A DNA stretch of 64,000 bases from Planctomycetota bacterium (lineage in GTDB: Bacteria > Planctomycetota > Phycisphaerae > SM23-33), in the NCBI GenBank assembly GCA_029553505.1, contig JAKPKY010000167.1:3501-67500 (forward strand). Direction: 5' to 3'. A model generated the notes under the pieces. It saw only the letters and a list, made by a program, of their open reading frames with translations, searched no databases and was not told the DNA's origin. This document shows positions 43,800-54,625 of the stretch, in pieces (the first letter of the stretch is position 1; the number at the start of each line of letters is the position of its first letter). Both the position numbers and the translations under genes were made by a program.

Positions 43800-45719
43800 A
43801 TGAAATGGTTCTACCTCATCTCCCTGCTGTGCGTGGCGGCGCTGGTCGCCTCGCCCTTGCTGTTCCTCCACGGCGCGCCGAAGGCCGAGGACGAATACGC
43901 CGGGCAGGTCGTCCTCTGGGACAGCTACAGCGCCGAGGTGAAGTCCATCGACCCCGCCACCTGCGGAGACACCACCTCCTCCGGGATCCAGGGGAACGTC
44001 TATGAGGGGCTCTACGGATACCACTTCCTCAAGCGTCCGCCGGAGGTGATCCCGCTGCTGGCCGACGGAATGCCCACCGTCTCACCCGACGGGCTGACGT
44101 GGACGATCCGCATCAAGGACGGCGTGATGTACCACCGCAACCCCTGCTTCGGGCTCGACGCACAGGGCCGACCTCGCACCCGCACCGTCCGGGCGGAGGA
44201 CTTCGTGCTCGCGATGAAGCGCTGTGCCGACTACCACATCAACACCGGGCTGGCCTGGGCATTCCTCAGCGAGCGCATCGCCGGGATCGACGCCTGGCGC
44301 GAGAAGTCCCGCGGGTACAAGGCGGGCGACTTCTCGCGGTACGACCTTCCGGTCGATGGCCTTCGCGCCCTGGACGAACGGACGCTCCAGATCCGCCTGA
44401 CCGAGCGGTTCCCGCAGTTCATCTACGTGCTGGCGATGCACGTTTATGCGCCGGTGCCCCGCGAAGCGGTGGACTACTGGCTGGGCACGGAAGACAACGG
44501 CGCCGGCGGACGGCGCGCCATCCCGCCCGAAAAGCGGTCTGCCGAGTTCCGCGCCGCCGAGCAGGTGGTCGGCACCGGCCCGTACCTGTTGAAGACCTTC
44601 GAGCGCAAGAAGCGCATCGTCCTGGCGCGGAACCCGGATTTCCGCGACGATTTCTATCCCTCCGAAGGCGAGGGCCCGTCGGGGGACTACGCCGGCGACA
44701 AGGCGGCAGGGCTGCTCGACGACGCCGGAAAGAAAGTCCCCTTCATCGACGTGATCCATCTGGACTACGTCTCGGAGCAATACTCGGCCTGGATGCAGTT
44801 CCTCTCCAAGCGGACGGACATGAGCGGGATTCCGCGCGAGGCGTTCGAGCAGATCATCACGCCGGGGCGCGACCTGACGCGGTCATGGCGGGCGAAGCAC
44901 ATCTACCTGGAGAAATACGCCTCACCCGCGATCTACTGGGTCGCGTTCAACATGGAAGACCCCGTCCTGGGGCGCAGCAAGTCGCTCCGCCAGGCGATCT
45001 GCCTGGCCTACGACGTCGACAGCGAGATCAAGGTCCTCCACAACGGGCGGGGCCGGCGGGCGGTGAACATCGTGCCCAGCACGTTCAAGGGGCACAAGGA
45101 GGCGGGCCCCGGGCCCTACTACCGCCTGGACCTCGCCGCCGCCCAAAAAAAACTCGAAGACGCCCGGCGGGAACTCGCGGCGGCTGGAGCGCTCCGCGAC
45201 GGGGAGATCCCCGAACTGAAAATCGACCTGCCCGGGCGCGAGGGATACTACGTCCGCATGGGCGAGCTCATGCAGCAGCAGTTCGCCAAGCTGGGGCTCA
45301 AGGTCAAGGTCGTTCTGAACGACTGGCCGACGCTCCAAGAGAAGGTGCACAACAAGGCCGTCCAGATGTATACCATGGGCTGGCACGCCGATTACCCCGA
45401 CGCGGAAAACTTCCTCCAGCTGTTCTACTCGCCCAACATCGCCAAGGGAACCAACAACGTCAACTACTCCGACCGCGAGTTCGACCGCTGGTACGAGCAG
45501 GCGCGCGTCATGGACGACACGCCCGAACGCACCGCCCTGTACGTGAAGATGATCCACAAGATCTCCGAGGACGTTCCGGTGTTGCTGCTGAGCGAGCCGG
45601 AGAGCTTCCTGCTGGCGTACGACTGGGTTCACAACATCAAGCCGCACCCGGTCGGGTACGGGTTCACGAAATATCGTCGCATCGACGCGCCCCTGCGGGC
45701 CCGGCTGGGCGGGAGGTAA
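43800..45719 (+). CDS. ABC transporter substrate-binding protein, family 5 (Opp/Dpp type)
   Basis: N-terminal TM/signal anchor. 639 aa. Family-5 SBP-like blocks (SIDPATCGDTTS, GTGPYLLKTFE, MGWHADYPDAENFL). First gene of a five-gene ABC operon. Confidence 0.8.
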   Translation: MKWFYLISLLCVAALVASPLLFLHGAPKAEDEYAGQVVLWDSYSAEVKSIDPATCGDTTSSGIQGNVYEGLYGYHFLKRPPEVIPLLADGMPTVSPDGLTWTIRIKDGVMYHRNPCFGLDAQGRPRTRTVRAEDFVLAMKRCADYHINTGLAWAFLSERIAGIDAWREKSRGYKAGDFSRYDLPVDGLRALDERTLQIRLTERFPQFIYVLAMHVYAPVPREAVDYWLGTEDNGAGGRRAIPPEKRSAEFRAAEQVVGTGPYLLKTFERKKRIVLARNPDFRDDFYPSEGEGPSGDYAGDKAAGLLDDAGKKVPFIDVIHLDYVSEQYSAWMQFLSKRTDMSGIPREAFEQIITPGRDLTRSWRAKHIYLEKYASPAIYWVAFNMEDPVLGRSKSLRQAICLAYDVDSEIKVLHNGRGRRAVNIVPSTFKGHKEAGPGPYYRLDLAAAQKKLEDARRELAAAGALRDGEIPELKIDLPGREGYYVRMGELMQQQFAKLGLKVKVVLNDWPTLQEKVHNKAVQMYTMGWHADYPDAENFLQLFYSPNIAKGTNNVNYSDREFDRWYEQARVMDDTPERTALYVKMIHKISEDVPVLLLSEPESFLLAYDWVHNIKPHPVGYGFTKYRRIDAPLRARLGGR

Positions 45720-45725
45720 GCGACG

Positions 45726-47087
45726 ATGACCCGCTTCATCCTCCGCAGGCTTATCCAGGCGATCTTCACCGTCTTGGGGGTGATGCTCCTGACGTTCCTT
45801 CTGTTCCGCGTGGTCGCGGGCGACGTGTCGGCGAATTTCGTCAATCCCAAGCAGGGGGAAAAGGCCCGCCGCGCCTGGCTCCAGAAACACGGATACGACC
45901 GCCCGCTGCTGTTCAACGTGCACGCCCGCCTGTACGTGGACGATCTGGCCGGGGGTGACACGCCGCTGGCCGTGAGCGACCGGTCGGGCGAGGCGTCGGA
46001 GGCGCTGGGGCTGAGCCTGGCCGGCGAGGACCAGCGCGGCGACGCGAAGCACCGTCTCGTCGGGCGCGCGGTCTTCCGTCTGCGCGACGACACGCCGACG
46101 GAGAAACTCACGCAGGACCGCCCACTCGCTGCGGCGCCGCGTCCGGCAGAGCCCGCTTCGGCCCCGGCGACAGCCAGCGCCCCCGCCTCGCCCCGCGCGG
46201 TGCTGGTGCTCCAGCCGTCCCAGGGCAGCGCCTTCGAGGTCGACCTGACCGGCGCCGCGACGGCCGGGGAGATCGTCCGCCGCATCAACGCCGCGCCGGG
46301 CAACGCCGGCAGGTGCCGCGCGGGAATCACCGACTGGTCGCCCGCGGATTTCTTCGACTCGCAGTTCTTCGCCCACCTGTCCGACTCGCTGCGCCTGCGC
46401 GGGCGCAGCTACGCCACCGACGAGAAGCTCCTCGACATCATCGTGTCCCGCGCGGGGTACAGCTTGGCCATCCAGCTGCCCGCGCTGGGCCTGGGATGGG
46501 TGCTCGGGATGATCCTCTCGTGCTTCGTGGCGTACTACCACGACACGTGGATCGACCGCGCGGGCGTGTTCCTGAGCGTGCTGGGCATGTGCGTGCCCTA
46601 CCTGGCGTACATGATCCTGGGGCAGTGGGTGATGTTCCAGCTGTATCCGCCGGCGGCGTGGGGCCTGTCCAGCCCCGTCAACATCTACGTGCCGGTGCTT
46701 ATCGCCGTCGTCGCCGGGTTGGGGCAGGACGTGCGCTTCTACCGCACCATCATCCTCGACGAGATCCACCGCGACTACGTCCGCACGGCCCGCGCCAAGG
46801 GAGTTCCGCTGCCGGGAATCCTCTTCCGACACGTGCTGAAAAACTGCATGCTCCCGATCCTGACCAACCTGGTGACGGCGATCCCGTTCCTGATCCTGGG
46901 CAGCCTGCTGCTGGAGCGGTTCTTCGGCGTGCCGGGGCTGGGCGATCTGATGGTCTCGAGCATCACCAGCCGCGACGTGCCGATCATGACGGATCTGACG
47001 TTCCTGACGGCCGTGGTGTACGTCCTGGGGTTGCTGATTACCGACATCCTCTACGCGGTCTTCGACCCGCGGGTCCGACTGCGATAG
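45726..47087 (+). CDS. ABC transporter permease (OppB/DppB type) with an enlarged first periplasmic loop
   Basis: MTRFILRRLIQAIFTVLGVMLLTF N terminus, EAA-region DYVRTARAKGVP, C-terminal DILYAVFDPRVR. It is 453 aa, against roughly 310-340 aa for typical members. Confidence 0.8.
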   Translation: MTRFILRRLIQAIFTVLGVMLLTFLLFRVVAGDVSANFVNPKQGEKARRAWLQKHGYDRPLLFNVHARLYVDDLAGGDTPLAVSDRSGEASEALGLSLAGEDQRGDAKHRLVGRAVFRLRDDTPTEKLTQDRPLAAAPRPAEPASAPATASAPASPRAVLVLQPSQGSAFEVDLTGAATAGEIVRRINAAPGNAGRCRAGITDWSPADFFDSQFFAHLSDSLRLRGRSYATDEKLLDIIVSRAGYSLAIQLPALGLGWVLGMILSCFVAYYHDTWIDRAGVFLSVLGMCVPYLAYMILGQWVMFQLYPPAAWGLSSPVNIYVPVLIAVVAGLGQDVRFYRTIILDEIHRDYVRTARAKGVPLPGILFRHVLKNCMLPILTNLVTAIPFLILGSLLLERFFGVPGLGDLMVSSITSRDVPIMTDLTFLTAVVYVLGLLITDILYAVFDPRVRLR

Positions 47088-47096
47088 GAGCGCACC

Positions 47097-48030
47097 TTGG
47101 GCGACGTGGCACACAATCCGACAGGCGGCGCGACGGTCCCGCCGAGGCTCGGAAGGAGCCTCTGGTCGGACGCGCTGCGCCGCCTGCTGCGCGACAAGGC
47201 CGCCGTCGTGTGCTTCGTGGTCATCGTGATCTACGCGCTCGTCGCAATCGTCTCGCCGCTGGTCCTGAGCGGCTGGAAAGACAGCTACAACTACGACAAC
47301 ATCAACGCCCCGCCGTCGCATTCGCACTGGCTGGGCACCGACGTCTTCGGGCGGTCCGTCCTCGAAAAGACCCTCCTGGGCGCCTCGACCTCCATGACGG
47401 TGGGGTTCTGGTCGAACATCCTGGCCGTCCCGCTGGGGATGATCCTCGGCGCGGTGGCGGGGTATTACGGCGGCTGGCTCGACGACGTGATCGTCTGGCT
47501 GTACACCACGCTGGCGAGCATTCCGGGCATCATCCGCCTGATCGCGCTGAAGTTTGCGTTCATGGACCACAAGCTGCTGGCGGGCACGCCGCTGGAGATG
47601 GACCTGGACGGGCTGGCGGGCCTGTGTTTGGCGCTGGCGGTGACGAGCTGGATCGGCACGTGCCGCCTCGTGCGGGCCGAGGTCATGAAGGTCCGCGAGT
47701 TGGACTACGTGCTGGCGGCGCGGGCGACGGGGCGGCGCGGGTTCAGCATCCTGCTGCGCCACGTGCTGCCCAACGTGCTGCACATCGGAATCATCACGTT
47801 CTCGCTGGGATTCGTCGGCGCGATCACCTCGGAGGTGATCCTGAGCTACCTGGGCCTGGGCGTCAAGGAGATGCCCAGTTGGGGGCAGATGATCGACGCG
47901 GCGAGGATGGACCTGGTGGTGGGGCGCTGGTGGGAACTTGCCGGCGCGGTCGGCGCGATGTTCTTCATCGTGCTGGCGTGGAACGTGTTCGGCGACCGCT
48001 TGCGCGACGCCCTCGACCCGAGGCTCAAGA

Positions 48031-48038
<8 letters not shown>
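47097..48038 (+). CDS. ABC transporter permease (OppC/DppC type)
   Basis: [23 protein letters not shown] (EAA region) and [14 protein letters not shown] terminus. Confidence 0.8.
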
Positions 48039-49143
<1,105 letters not shown>

Positions 49144-49150
49144 GAGAACG

Positions 49151-50209
49151 ATGCCGCAAGCTCAAGACAACCTGATCCTGACGGTAGAAGGCCTCAAGAC
49201 CTACTTCCCGGTGCGCGGCCGGCGGGGGCGACACGTCCGCGCAGTCGATGGCGTGGACCTTTCGGTCGCGCGAGGCGGTACGCTGGGGCTGGTCGGCGAG
49301 AGCGGCTCGGGCAAGACCACCGTCGGGCGGACGATCCTGCGCCTCCTCGAGCCGACCGCCGGCCGGGTGGTCTTCGACGGGCGGGACGTCTTTTCGCTGT
49401 CAGCCGGCGAAATGCGCGCCCTGCGCCGCCGGATGCAGATCATCTTCCAGGATCCCATGAGTTCGCTGAACCCGCGCATGACGGTGGGAACCATCGTCGC
49501 CGAACCGCTGGCGGTGCACGGGCTCGTGCCGCGGAACCGCCGGGCCGGCCGCGTCGGCGAACTGCTGGAGCGCGTCGGGCTGGCGCCCGCCTACGCCCGG
49601 CGCTACCCCCACGAGTTCTCCGGCGGGCAGCGCCAACGGATCGGAATCGCCCGCGCCCTGGCCAGCCAGCCGGATTTCATCGTCTGCGACGAACCCGTCA
49701 GCGCCCTGGACGTCTCCATCCAGGCGCAGATTCTCAACCTGCTGGCCGACCTCCAGCAGGAACTGGGCCTGGCGTACCTGTTCATCGCGCACAACCTTGC
49801 CGTGGTGGAACACTTCGCCGACGAGGTAGCCGTGATGTACCTCGGGCGGATCGTGGAACGCGCATCGCGCGACGCGCTGTACGCCCGCCCCATGCACCCC
49901 TACACGCGGGCCCTGCTGCACGCGGTTCCCGTGCCAGACCCCGCCCGCGCCGTCGCGCACGACCGCCTGCCGGGCGAGGTGCCCAGTCCCATCGACCCGC
50001 CCGCAGGCTGTCCGTTCCACCCGCGCTGCCCACTGACGCGCCAGGTGGCCGACCGGCTGCCCCAGACGAAGACCATCACCATTCTCTCCGACGGCGCGCC
50101 TGCGCGCGTCGTCCAGCAGTGCATGTGCGAGACGCCGGTGCTGCGCCCCTGCCGCGACGATGCCTCCCACTGCCACGCCTGCGTCCTCCAGCAGCGTGCG
50201 GAGGCGTAG
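49151..50209 (+). CDS. ABC transporter ATP-binding protein (OppF/DppF type)
   Basis: Walker A GESGSGKT, signature FSGGQRQR, Walker [20 protein letters not shown]. Confidence 0.85.
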   Translation: MPQAQDNLILTVEGLKTYFPVRGRRGRHVRAVDGVDLSVARGGTLGLVGESGSGKTTVGRTILRLLEPTAGRVVFDGRDVFSLSAGEMRALRRRMQIIFQDPMSSLNPRMTVGTIVAEPLAVHGLVPRNRRAGRVGELLERVGLAPAYARRYPHEFSGGQRQRIGIARALASQPDFIVCDEPVSALDVSIQAQILNLLADLQQELGLAYLFIAHNLAVVEHFADEVAVMYLGRIVERASRDALYARPMHPYTRALLHAVPVPDPARAVAHDRLPGEVPSPIDPPAGCPFHPRCPLTRQVADRLPQTKTITILSDGAPARVVQQCMCETPVLRPCRDDASHCHACVLQQRAEA

Positions 50210-50294
50210 CGCGGAGGCGTGGTTGCTCCGCTTCGCTCCGCAATCCACGGCACCCTGCGCAGATACCGTCCGGGTGGGGACGACGTTCGCTTTT

Positions 50295-51071
50295 TCACTC
50301 CTCGGTCGGCAGGCCGGTGTTCCTGGCGGCCGCCGCGTCGAGAATCAGCGTGAACAGCCCGTGCTCGGGGCGGACACCCGCGGCAGGCAGGTCGCCCGGT
50401 GCGCCGCAGCCCTTATCCAGCAGGCGCGCGACGACGTCGGCTTTGTCTTCCCGCGTCACCACCATCAGCACGTTGCGCGAGGCGTTGATAAGCGGGTAGG
50501 TGAAGGTCATGCGATGGCGGCTGAGGACCGGCACGAAATTCGCCACGACAAGTTTCTTTTTTTCCTTCAAGGCGTCGGTCCCGGGGAACAGGCTGGCGGT
50601 GTGCCCGTCGGCGCCCATGCCCAGCAGGATGAGGTCGAAGCGGGGGATTTTCCCGCCGTTTTCTGCCGGGACGAACCGGCGGATGGTCTGCTCGTAGCGG
50701 GCGGCGGCGGAGGTGAGGTCTTCCGCGTCGGCGGGCATGGGGTGGACCTGCTGCGGGGGAATGGGCACGTGGTCCAGCAGGGCGCGCTGGGCCATGCGGT
50801 AGTTGCTGTCGGCGTGGTCGTGGGGAACGTCGCGCTCGTCGCCGAAAAAGATTTCCACGCCGGACCAGGGCACGTCGCCGCTGACGCTCTCTGCCGCGAG
50901 GTGCTGGTAGAGCGGGTGGGGCGTGGTTCCGCCGGCCAGGGCGATCCGGCAGGCGCCGCGGTCGGCCACGGACTCGCAGACGATGATCTTGAACAGTTCG
51001 AGGGCGGCCTGGTTGGCCTGTTCCTCGGTCTTGCGGACAATGACGTGGATCGGTTGCGTCGTGTCGGACAT
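50295..51071 (-). CDS. pgl: 6-phosphogluconolactonase
   Basis: IALAGGTTP, FFGDERDVPHDH and LLGMGADGHTASLFPG blocks. Start at MSDTT (51071). Confidence 0.8.
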   Translation of the reverse strand: MSDTTQPIHVIVRKTEEQANQAALELFKIIVCESVADRGACRIALAGGTTPHPLYQHLAAESVSGDVPWSGVEIFFGDERDVPHDHADSNYRMAQRALLDHVPIPPQQVHPMPADAEDLTSAAARYEQTIRRFVPAENGGKIPRFDLILLGMGADGHTASLFPGTDALKEKKKLVVANFVPVLSRHRMTFTYPLINASRNVLMVVTREDKADVVARLLDKGCGAPGDLPAAGVRPEHGLFTLILDAAAARNTGLPTEE

Positions 51072-51153
51072 GAGCTCTCGCCTTTCGCTGATCAGACTAC
51101 CGCGCGACGTGCGAGCCTTCAACCGTTCGAAAAATGCCGATCAAAAAGACTCA

Positions 51154-51230
51154 CGCAGAATACGCAGAGACCGCTGAGAAAAAATTCGTTTTGTTCTTCT
51201 GATTACTCTGCGTCCTCTGCGATCTCTGCG
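51154..51230. promoter_or_regulatory. array of five CGCAGAG-type heptamers (2 forward, 3 inverted, 9-bp phasing)
   Basis: CGCAGAA-TA-CGCAGAG (51154-51169), then 34 nt that are AT-rich, then TACTCTGCG TCCTCTGCG ATCTCTGCG (51204-51230). The array sits between the UPF0210 stop and the pgl start. Confidence 0.6.
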
Positions 51231-51249
51231 GTTGATTCGGTTTTCCGTT

Positions 51250-52623
51250 TTAATTCCCCAGCGACTGGATGGGGGCGGGAATCCGCCCGCCGAAGCGGAC
51301 GAACGCGTCGCTCGCGCCGGCGTTGCGGACTTCCAGGACGGCTGCGGAGCCGAACAGCCCACCGAATTCGACCGTCTCGCCCGCCTTGGCGCCGGGGACG
51401 GGGATGATGCGGACGGCCGTGGTCTTGTTGTTGATGACGCCGATGGCCATCTCGTCGGCGATGATCGCGGCGAGGGTTTCCGGGGACGTGTCGCCGGGGA
51501 CGACGATCATGTCCAGCCCGACGGAGCAGACGCTGGTCATGGCTTCGAGTTTTTCCAGGGACAGATGCCCCGCGGCGACGGCGCCGGCCAGTTCGGCGTC
51601 TTCGCTGACGGGGATGAACGCGCCGCTGAGCCCGCCGACGCTGCTGGAGGCGAAGGCGCCGCCCTTTTTCACCGCGTCGTTGAGCATGGCGACAGCCGCG
51701 GTGGATCCCGGCGCGCCGATCCGCGCCAGGCCCAGCGTGCGGAGGATCTCGCCCACGCTGTCGCCGATCTGCGGGGTGGGCGCCAGCGAAAGGTCCACGA
51801 TTCCGAACGGCACGTTGAGCTCCGCCGCCACCTCGCGCCCGATCAGTTCGCCCACGCGCGTCACGCGGAAGCTGGTGATCTTGATTTCCTCGGCCAGGTC
51901 GCCCAGGGTGAGTTTCTGTCCGAGGGCGATGCGGCGTTTCAGCGCGCTGCACACCACGCCGGGCCCGGACACGCCGATGTTGACGGCGGCTTCCGGTTCG
52001 CCCTCGCCCACCATCGCGCCGGCCATGAACGGATTGTCCTCCGGGATGTTGGCGAACACGACGAGCTTGGCGGCGCCGAAACCCTTTTGGTCGGCCGTCG
52101 CGGCGGCGATCTGCGGGAGGATCCGCCCCATTTCCAGCGCGGCGTCCATGTTGATGCCCGCCTTGCGCGACGCCACGTTCACCGACGCGCAGACGCGTTT
52201 CGTCCGGCTGAGCACCTCCGGAAGGGAGTGCATCACCACCGCGTCGGCCGGGGTGATGCCCTTGTGCACCAGCGCGGTGAACCCGCCCACGAGGTCCACG
52301 CCGCACTCGCCGGCTGCGGCGTCGAGCGTGCGTGCGACCTCGAGGGCGACGGATTTCCCGTGCCCTGCCAGCAGGTGCGAGACGGGGGAGATCGCCAGGC
52401 GCTTGTTCGTCACGCCGATGCCGTACCGCCCGCTGACGCGGTTGCACGTCTCCACCAGCCGGCCCGCCCGGCGGAGAATCTTTTCGCGCAGCTTGCGGCA
52501 GAGGTGCTCGGAGTTCGGCGCGGCGCAGTCGTCCACGTTCAGCGCCAGCGTCACCGTCCGCACGTCGAGGTGCTCGGCGTGCAGCATCTGGATGGTCGTC
52601 AGGATTTCGTCGGTGCGAAGCAT
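51250..52623 (-). CDS. UPF0210 / DUF711 ('PFL family') protein
   Basis: At 457 aa, the N terminus MLRTDEILTTIQMLHAEHLDVRTVTLALN and the size match my recollection of UPF0210 proteins. It follows an ACT-domain gene, as is usual for this family. Confidence 0.7.
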   Translation of the reverse strand: MLRTDEILTTIQMLHAEHLDVRTVTLALNVDDCAAPNSEHLCRKLREKILRRAGRLVETCNRVSGRYGIGVTNKRLAISPVSHLLAGHGKSVALEVARTLDAAAGECGVDLVGGFTALVHKGITPADAVVMHSLPEVLSRTKRVCASVNVASRKAGINMDAALEMGRILPQIAAATADQKGFGAAKLVVFANIPEDNPFMAGAMVGEGEPEAAVNIGVSGPGVVCSALKRRIALGQKLTLGDLAEEIKITSFRVTRVGELIGREVAAELNVPFGIVDLSLAPTPQIGDSVGEILRTLGLARIGAPGSTAAVAMLNDAVKKGGAFASSSVGGLSGAFIPVSEDAELAGAVAAGHLSLEKLEAMTSVCSVGLDMIVVPGDTSPETLAAIIADEMAIGVINNKTTAVRIIPVPGAKAGETVEFGGLFGSAAVLEVRNAGASDAFVRFGGRIPAPIQSLGN

Positions 52624-52633
52624 GGGATCCCTC

Positions 52634-53200
52634 TCACCTCGTCAGGCGGAGCTGGTTGGTCGCCACGAAGATGTTCTCGTGCTGGAGCTTGACGGTGAAG
52701 CCCGCTTCCTTGCCCATCTGCTCCAGGTCCACCTGGAGCATCGCGACGTCCCACCGGGCGGGCACGTCCACCTCGCCGATGAGCACGAAATCGTCCCCCT
52801 CGCGGTGCCAGTAGAAGTCGGAGATGTTGATGTCCTTTCCGGCCAGGTACTGGCTGATGCGGTGGATGATGCCGGGCTTGTCCGTTCCGAAGGCGGTGAC
52901 GACGAACCGGTCGGTCTGGCCCTTGGTCTGGGCGTAGGCCGGGGGGACAAATGCGCGAGCGACGACCTCCAGGCCCGACGGATCGGCGCGGCGCACCCGC
53001 TGGGCGAGCGCCTCGGGGGAAATCACTTCGGGCAGCGAGACGATCATGATGAGGGTGAAATAGCCTTCGAGGACGGTCTGGCTGCACGAGTCGATGTTTC
53101 CGCCCATTTCCGCGATCGTGCGCCCGACGGAGGCGACGATTCCGGGGTGGTCGTCCGACATCACGTTCAGCACATAGGCGTGGGCGAAGCGGGTTTTCAT
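52634..53200 (-). CDS. tandem ACT-domain protein (GcvR-like architecture)
   Basis: Two ACT-like units: VLNVMSDDHPGIVASVGRTIAEMGGNIDS and VVTAFGTDKPGIIHRISQYLAGKDINISD. Confidence 0.7.
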   Translation of the reverse strand: MKTRFAHAYVLNVMSDDHPGIVASVGRTIAEMGGNIDSCSQTVLEGYFTLIMIVSLPEVISPEALAQRVRRADPSGLEVVARAFVPPAYAQTKGQTDRFVVTAFGTDKPGIIHRISQYLAGKDINISDFYWHREGDDFVLIGEVDVPARWDVAMLQVDLEQMGKEAGFTVKLQHENIFVATNQLRLTR

Positions 53201-53334
53201 GTCCTGCCTTCCTTCCGGGAGGCATCATACAACGCCGGCGGCGGCGCGGGAAGCCCGCGGGACGGGCTTGGTCGGGCGCGGGGAGGAATGATTTTGCAAG
53301 ACCGCCCCGCCTTGCGTGTTGTAGAATGCCCGGG

Positions 53335-53817
53335 ATGGAGATACGACCGGCCAGAATCGAGGATTGCCCCCGCATCTGCGAGCTGATTAACTACTACGCG
53401 GAACGCGGGCGCATGCTCCACCGCAGCCTGGAGAGCGTCTACGACGCGCTGCGCGAATTCCAGGTGGCGGTGGAAGATGCGCGCATCGTCGGGTGCGTGG
53501 CGGTGGACGTGTTCTGGTCGGACCTGGCGGAGATCAAGTCGCTGGCGGTGGCGCCGGAGTTCCGGGGTCGCGGGCTGGGCCGGCGGCTGATCGAAGCCGC
53601 CCTCGCCGACGCGCGGAAGCTGGGCGTCGGCAGGCTCTTCGCGCTGACGTACGAGAAGGAATTTTTCGAGCGCGTGGGGTTCGAGATGATCGACCGCGAC
53701 ACGCTTCCGGAGAAGGTGTGGCGCGAGTGCTTCCAGTGCCCCAAGTGCGACGCGTGCGACGAGACGGCCATGGTGCGCCGCGTCGATCGCGGGCGCGCGA
53801 ACAGGGAAGGCCAATGA
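53335..53817 (+). CDS. GNAT N-acetyltransferase (short ArgA-like)
   Basis: Acetyl-CoA motif FRGRGLGRRLIEAAL. C-terminal Cys cluster CFQCPKCDACDE. The stop overlaps the next ATG (ATGA). Confidence 0.75.
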   Translation: MEIRPARIEDCPRICELINYYAERGRMLHRSLESVYDALREFQVAVEDARIVGCVAVDVFWSDLAEIKSLAVAPEFRGRGLGRRLIEAALADARKLGVGRLFALTYEKEFFERVGFEMIDRDTLPEKVWRECFQCPKCDACDETAMVRRVDRGRANREGQ

Positions 53818-54611
53818 CTGCCGCCGAGCCGATCATCCGCCTGGAGAAGGTCAGCAAGTCGTTCGGGCCCGTCAAGGTGCTCGACGGGGTGGACCTCGCC
53901 ATCGAACCGGGCAAGACGACGGTGGTCATCGGGCCGTCGGGATGCGGAAAAAGCGTGCTGCTGAAACACATCGTCGGACTGCTGAAGCCCGACCGCGGGC
54001 GGGTGTTCTTTCGCGACCGGGACATTTCGGTCATGCGGGAGCGCGAACTGGTGGAGGTCCGCCGGCACATCGCGTTCCTGTTCCAGGGCGGGGCGCTGTT
54101 CGACTCGATGACGGTCGAGGAAAACGTGGTTTTCCCGCTGATCGAGCACGACATCGGCACGCCCCAGGAACATTCGGACCGCTGCCGCGAGGTGCTGGCC
54201 CTAGTGGGGCTCAACGGCCTGCAGGACCGCTTCCCCGAGGAACTCTCCGGCGGGCAGAAGAAGCGCGTGGCGCTGGCCCGCGCGATCGCCCTGGGCCCGG
54301 AAGTGATCCTCTACGACGAGCCGACGACCGGTCTGGACCCCATCCGGGCCGACCTGATCAACGAAATGATCCTCAAGCTCCAGGACGCACTGGGCACCAC
54401 CGCGGTGGTGGTGACGCACGATATGGCCTCGGCGCGGAAGGTGGGCGACCGGATCGTGATGCTCTATCGCCAGCGGTTCATCGCCGACACCACCCCCGAC
54501 CAGCTCGACCACATCGATAACGAGGCGGTCGGGCGATTCATCGAGGGTCGCGCCAGCCAGGAAGAGCTGGAGCAGTTGCAGAGCGGGCGCCTGCTCGCCC
54601 GCGAAGAATAG
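53814..54611 (+). CDS. MlaF-like ABC ATPase
   Basis: Walker A GPSGCGKS, FQGGALFDSMTVEENVVFPL, LSGGQKKRVALARA, ILYDEPTTGLDP. Overall pattern as in the MlaF/TTG2A family. Confidence 0.8.
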   Translation: MTAAEPIIRLEKVSKSFGPVKVLDGVDLAIEPGKTTVVIGPSGCGKSVLLKHIVGLLKPDRGRVFFRDRDISVMRERELVEVRRHIAFLFQGGALFDSMTVEENVVFPLIEHDIGTPQEHSDRCREVLALVGLNGLQDRFPEELSGGQKKRVALARAIALGPEVILYDEPTTGLDPIRADLINEMILKLQDALGTTAVVVTHDMASARKVGDRIVMLYRQRFIADTTPDQLDHIDNEAVGRFIEGRASQEELEQLQSGRLLAREE

Positions 54612-54625
54612 AGGGGACCGGACCC

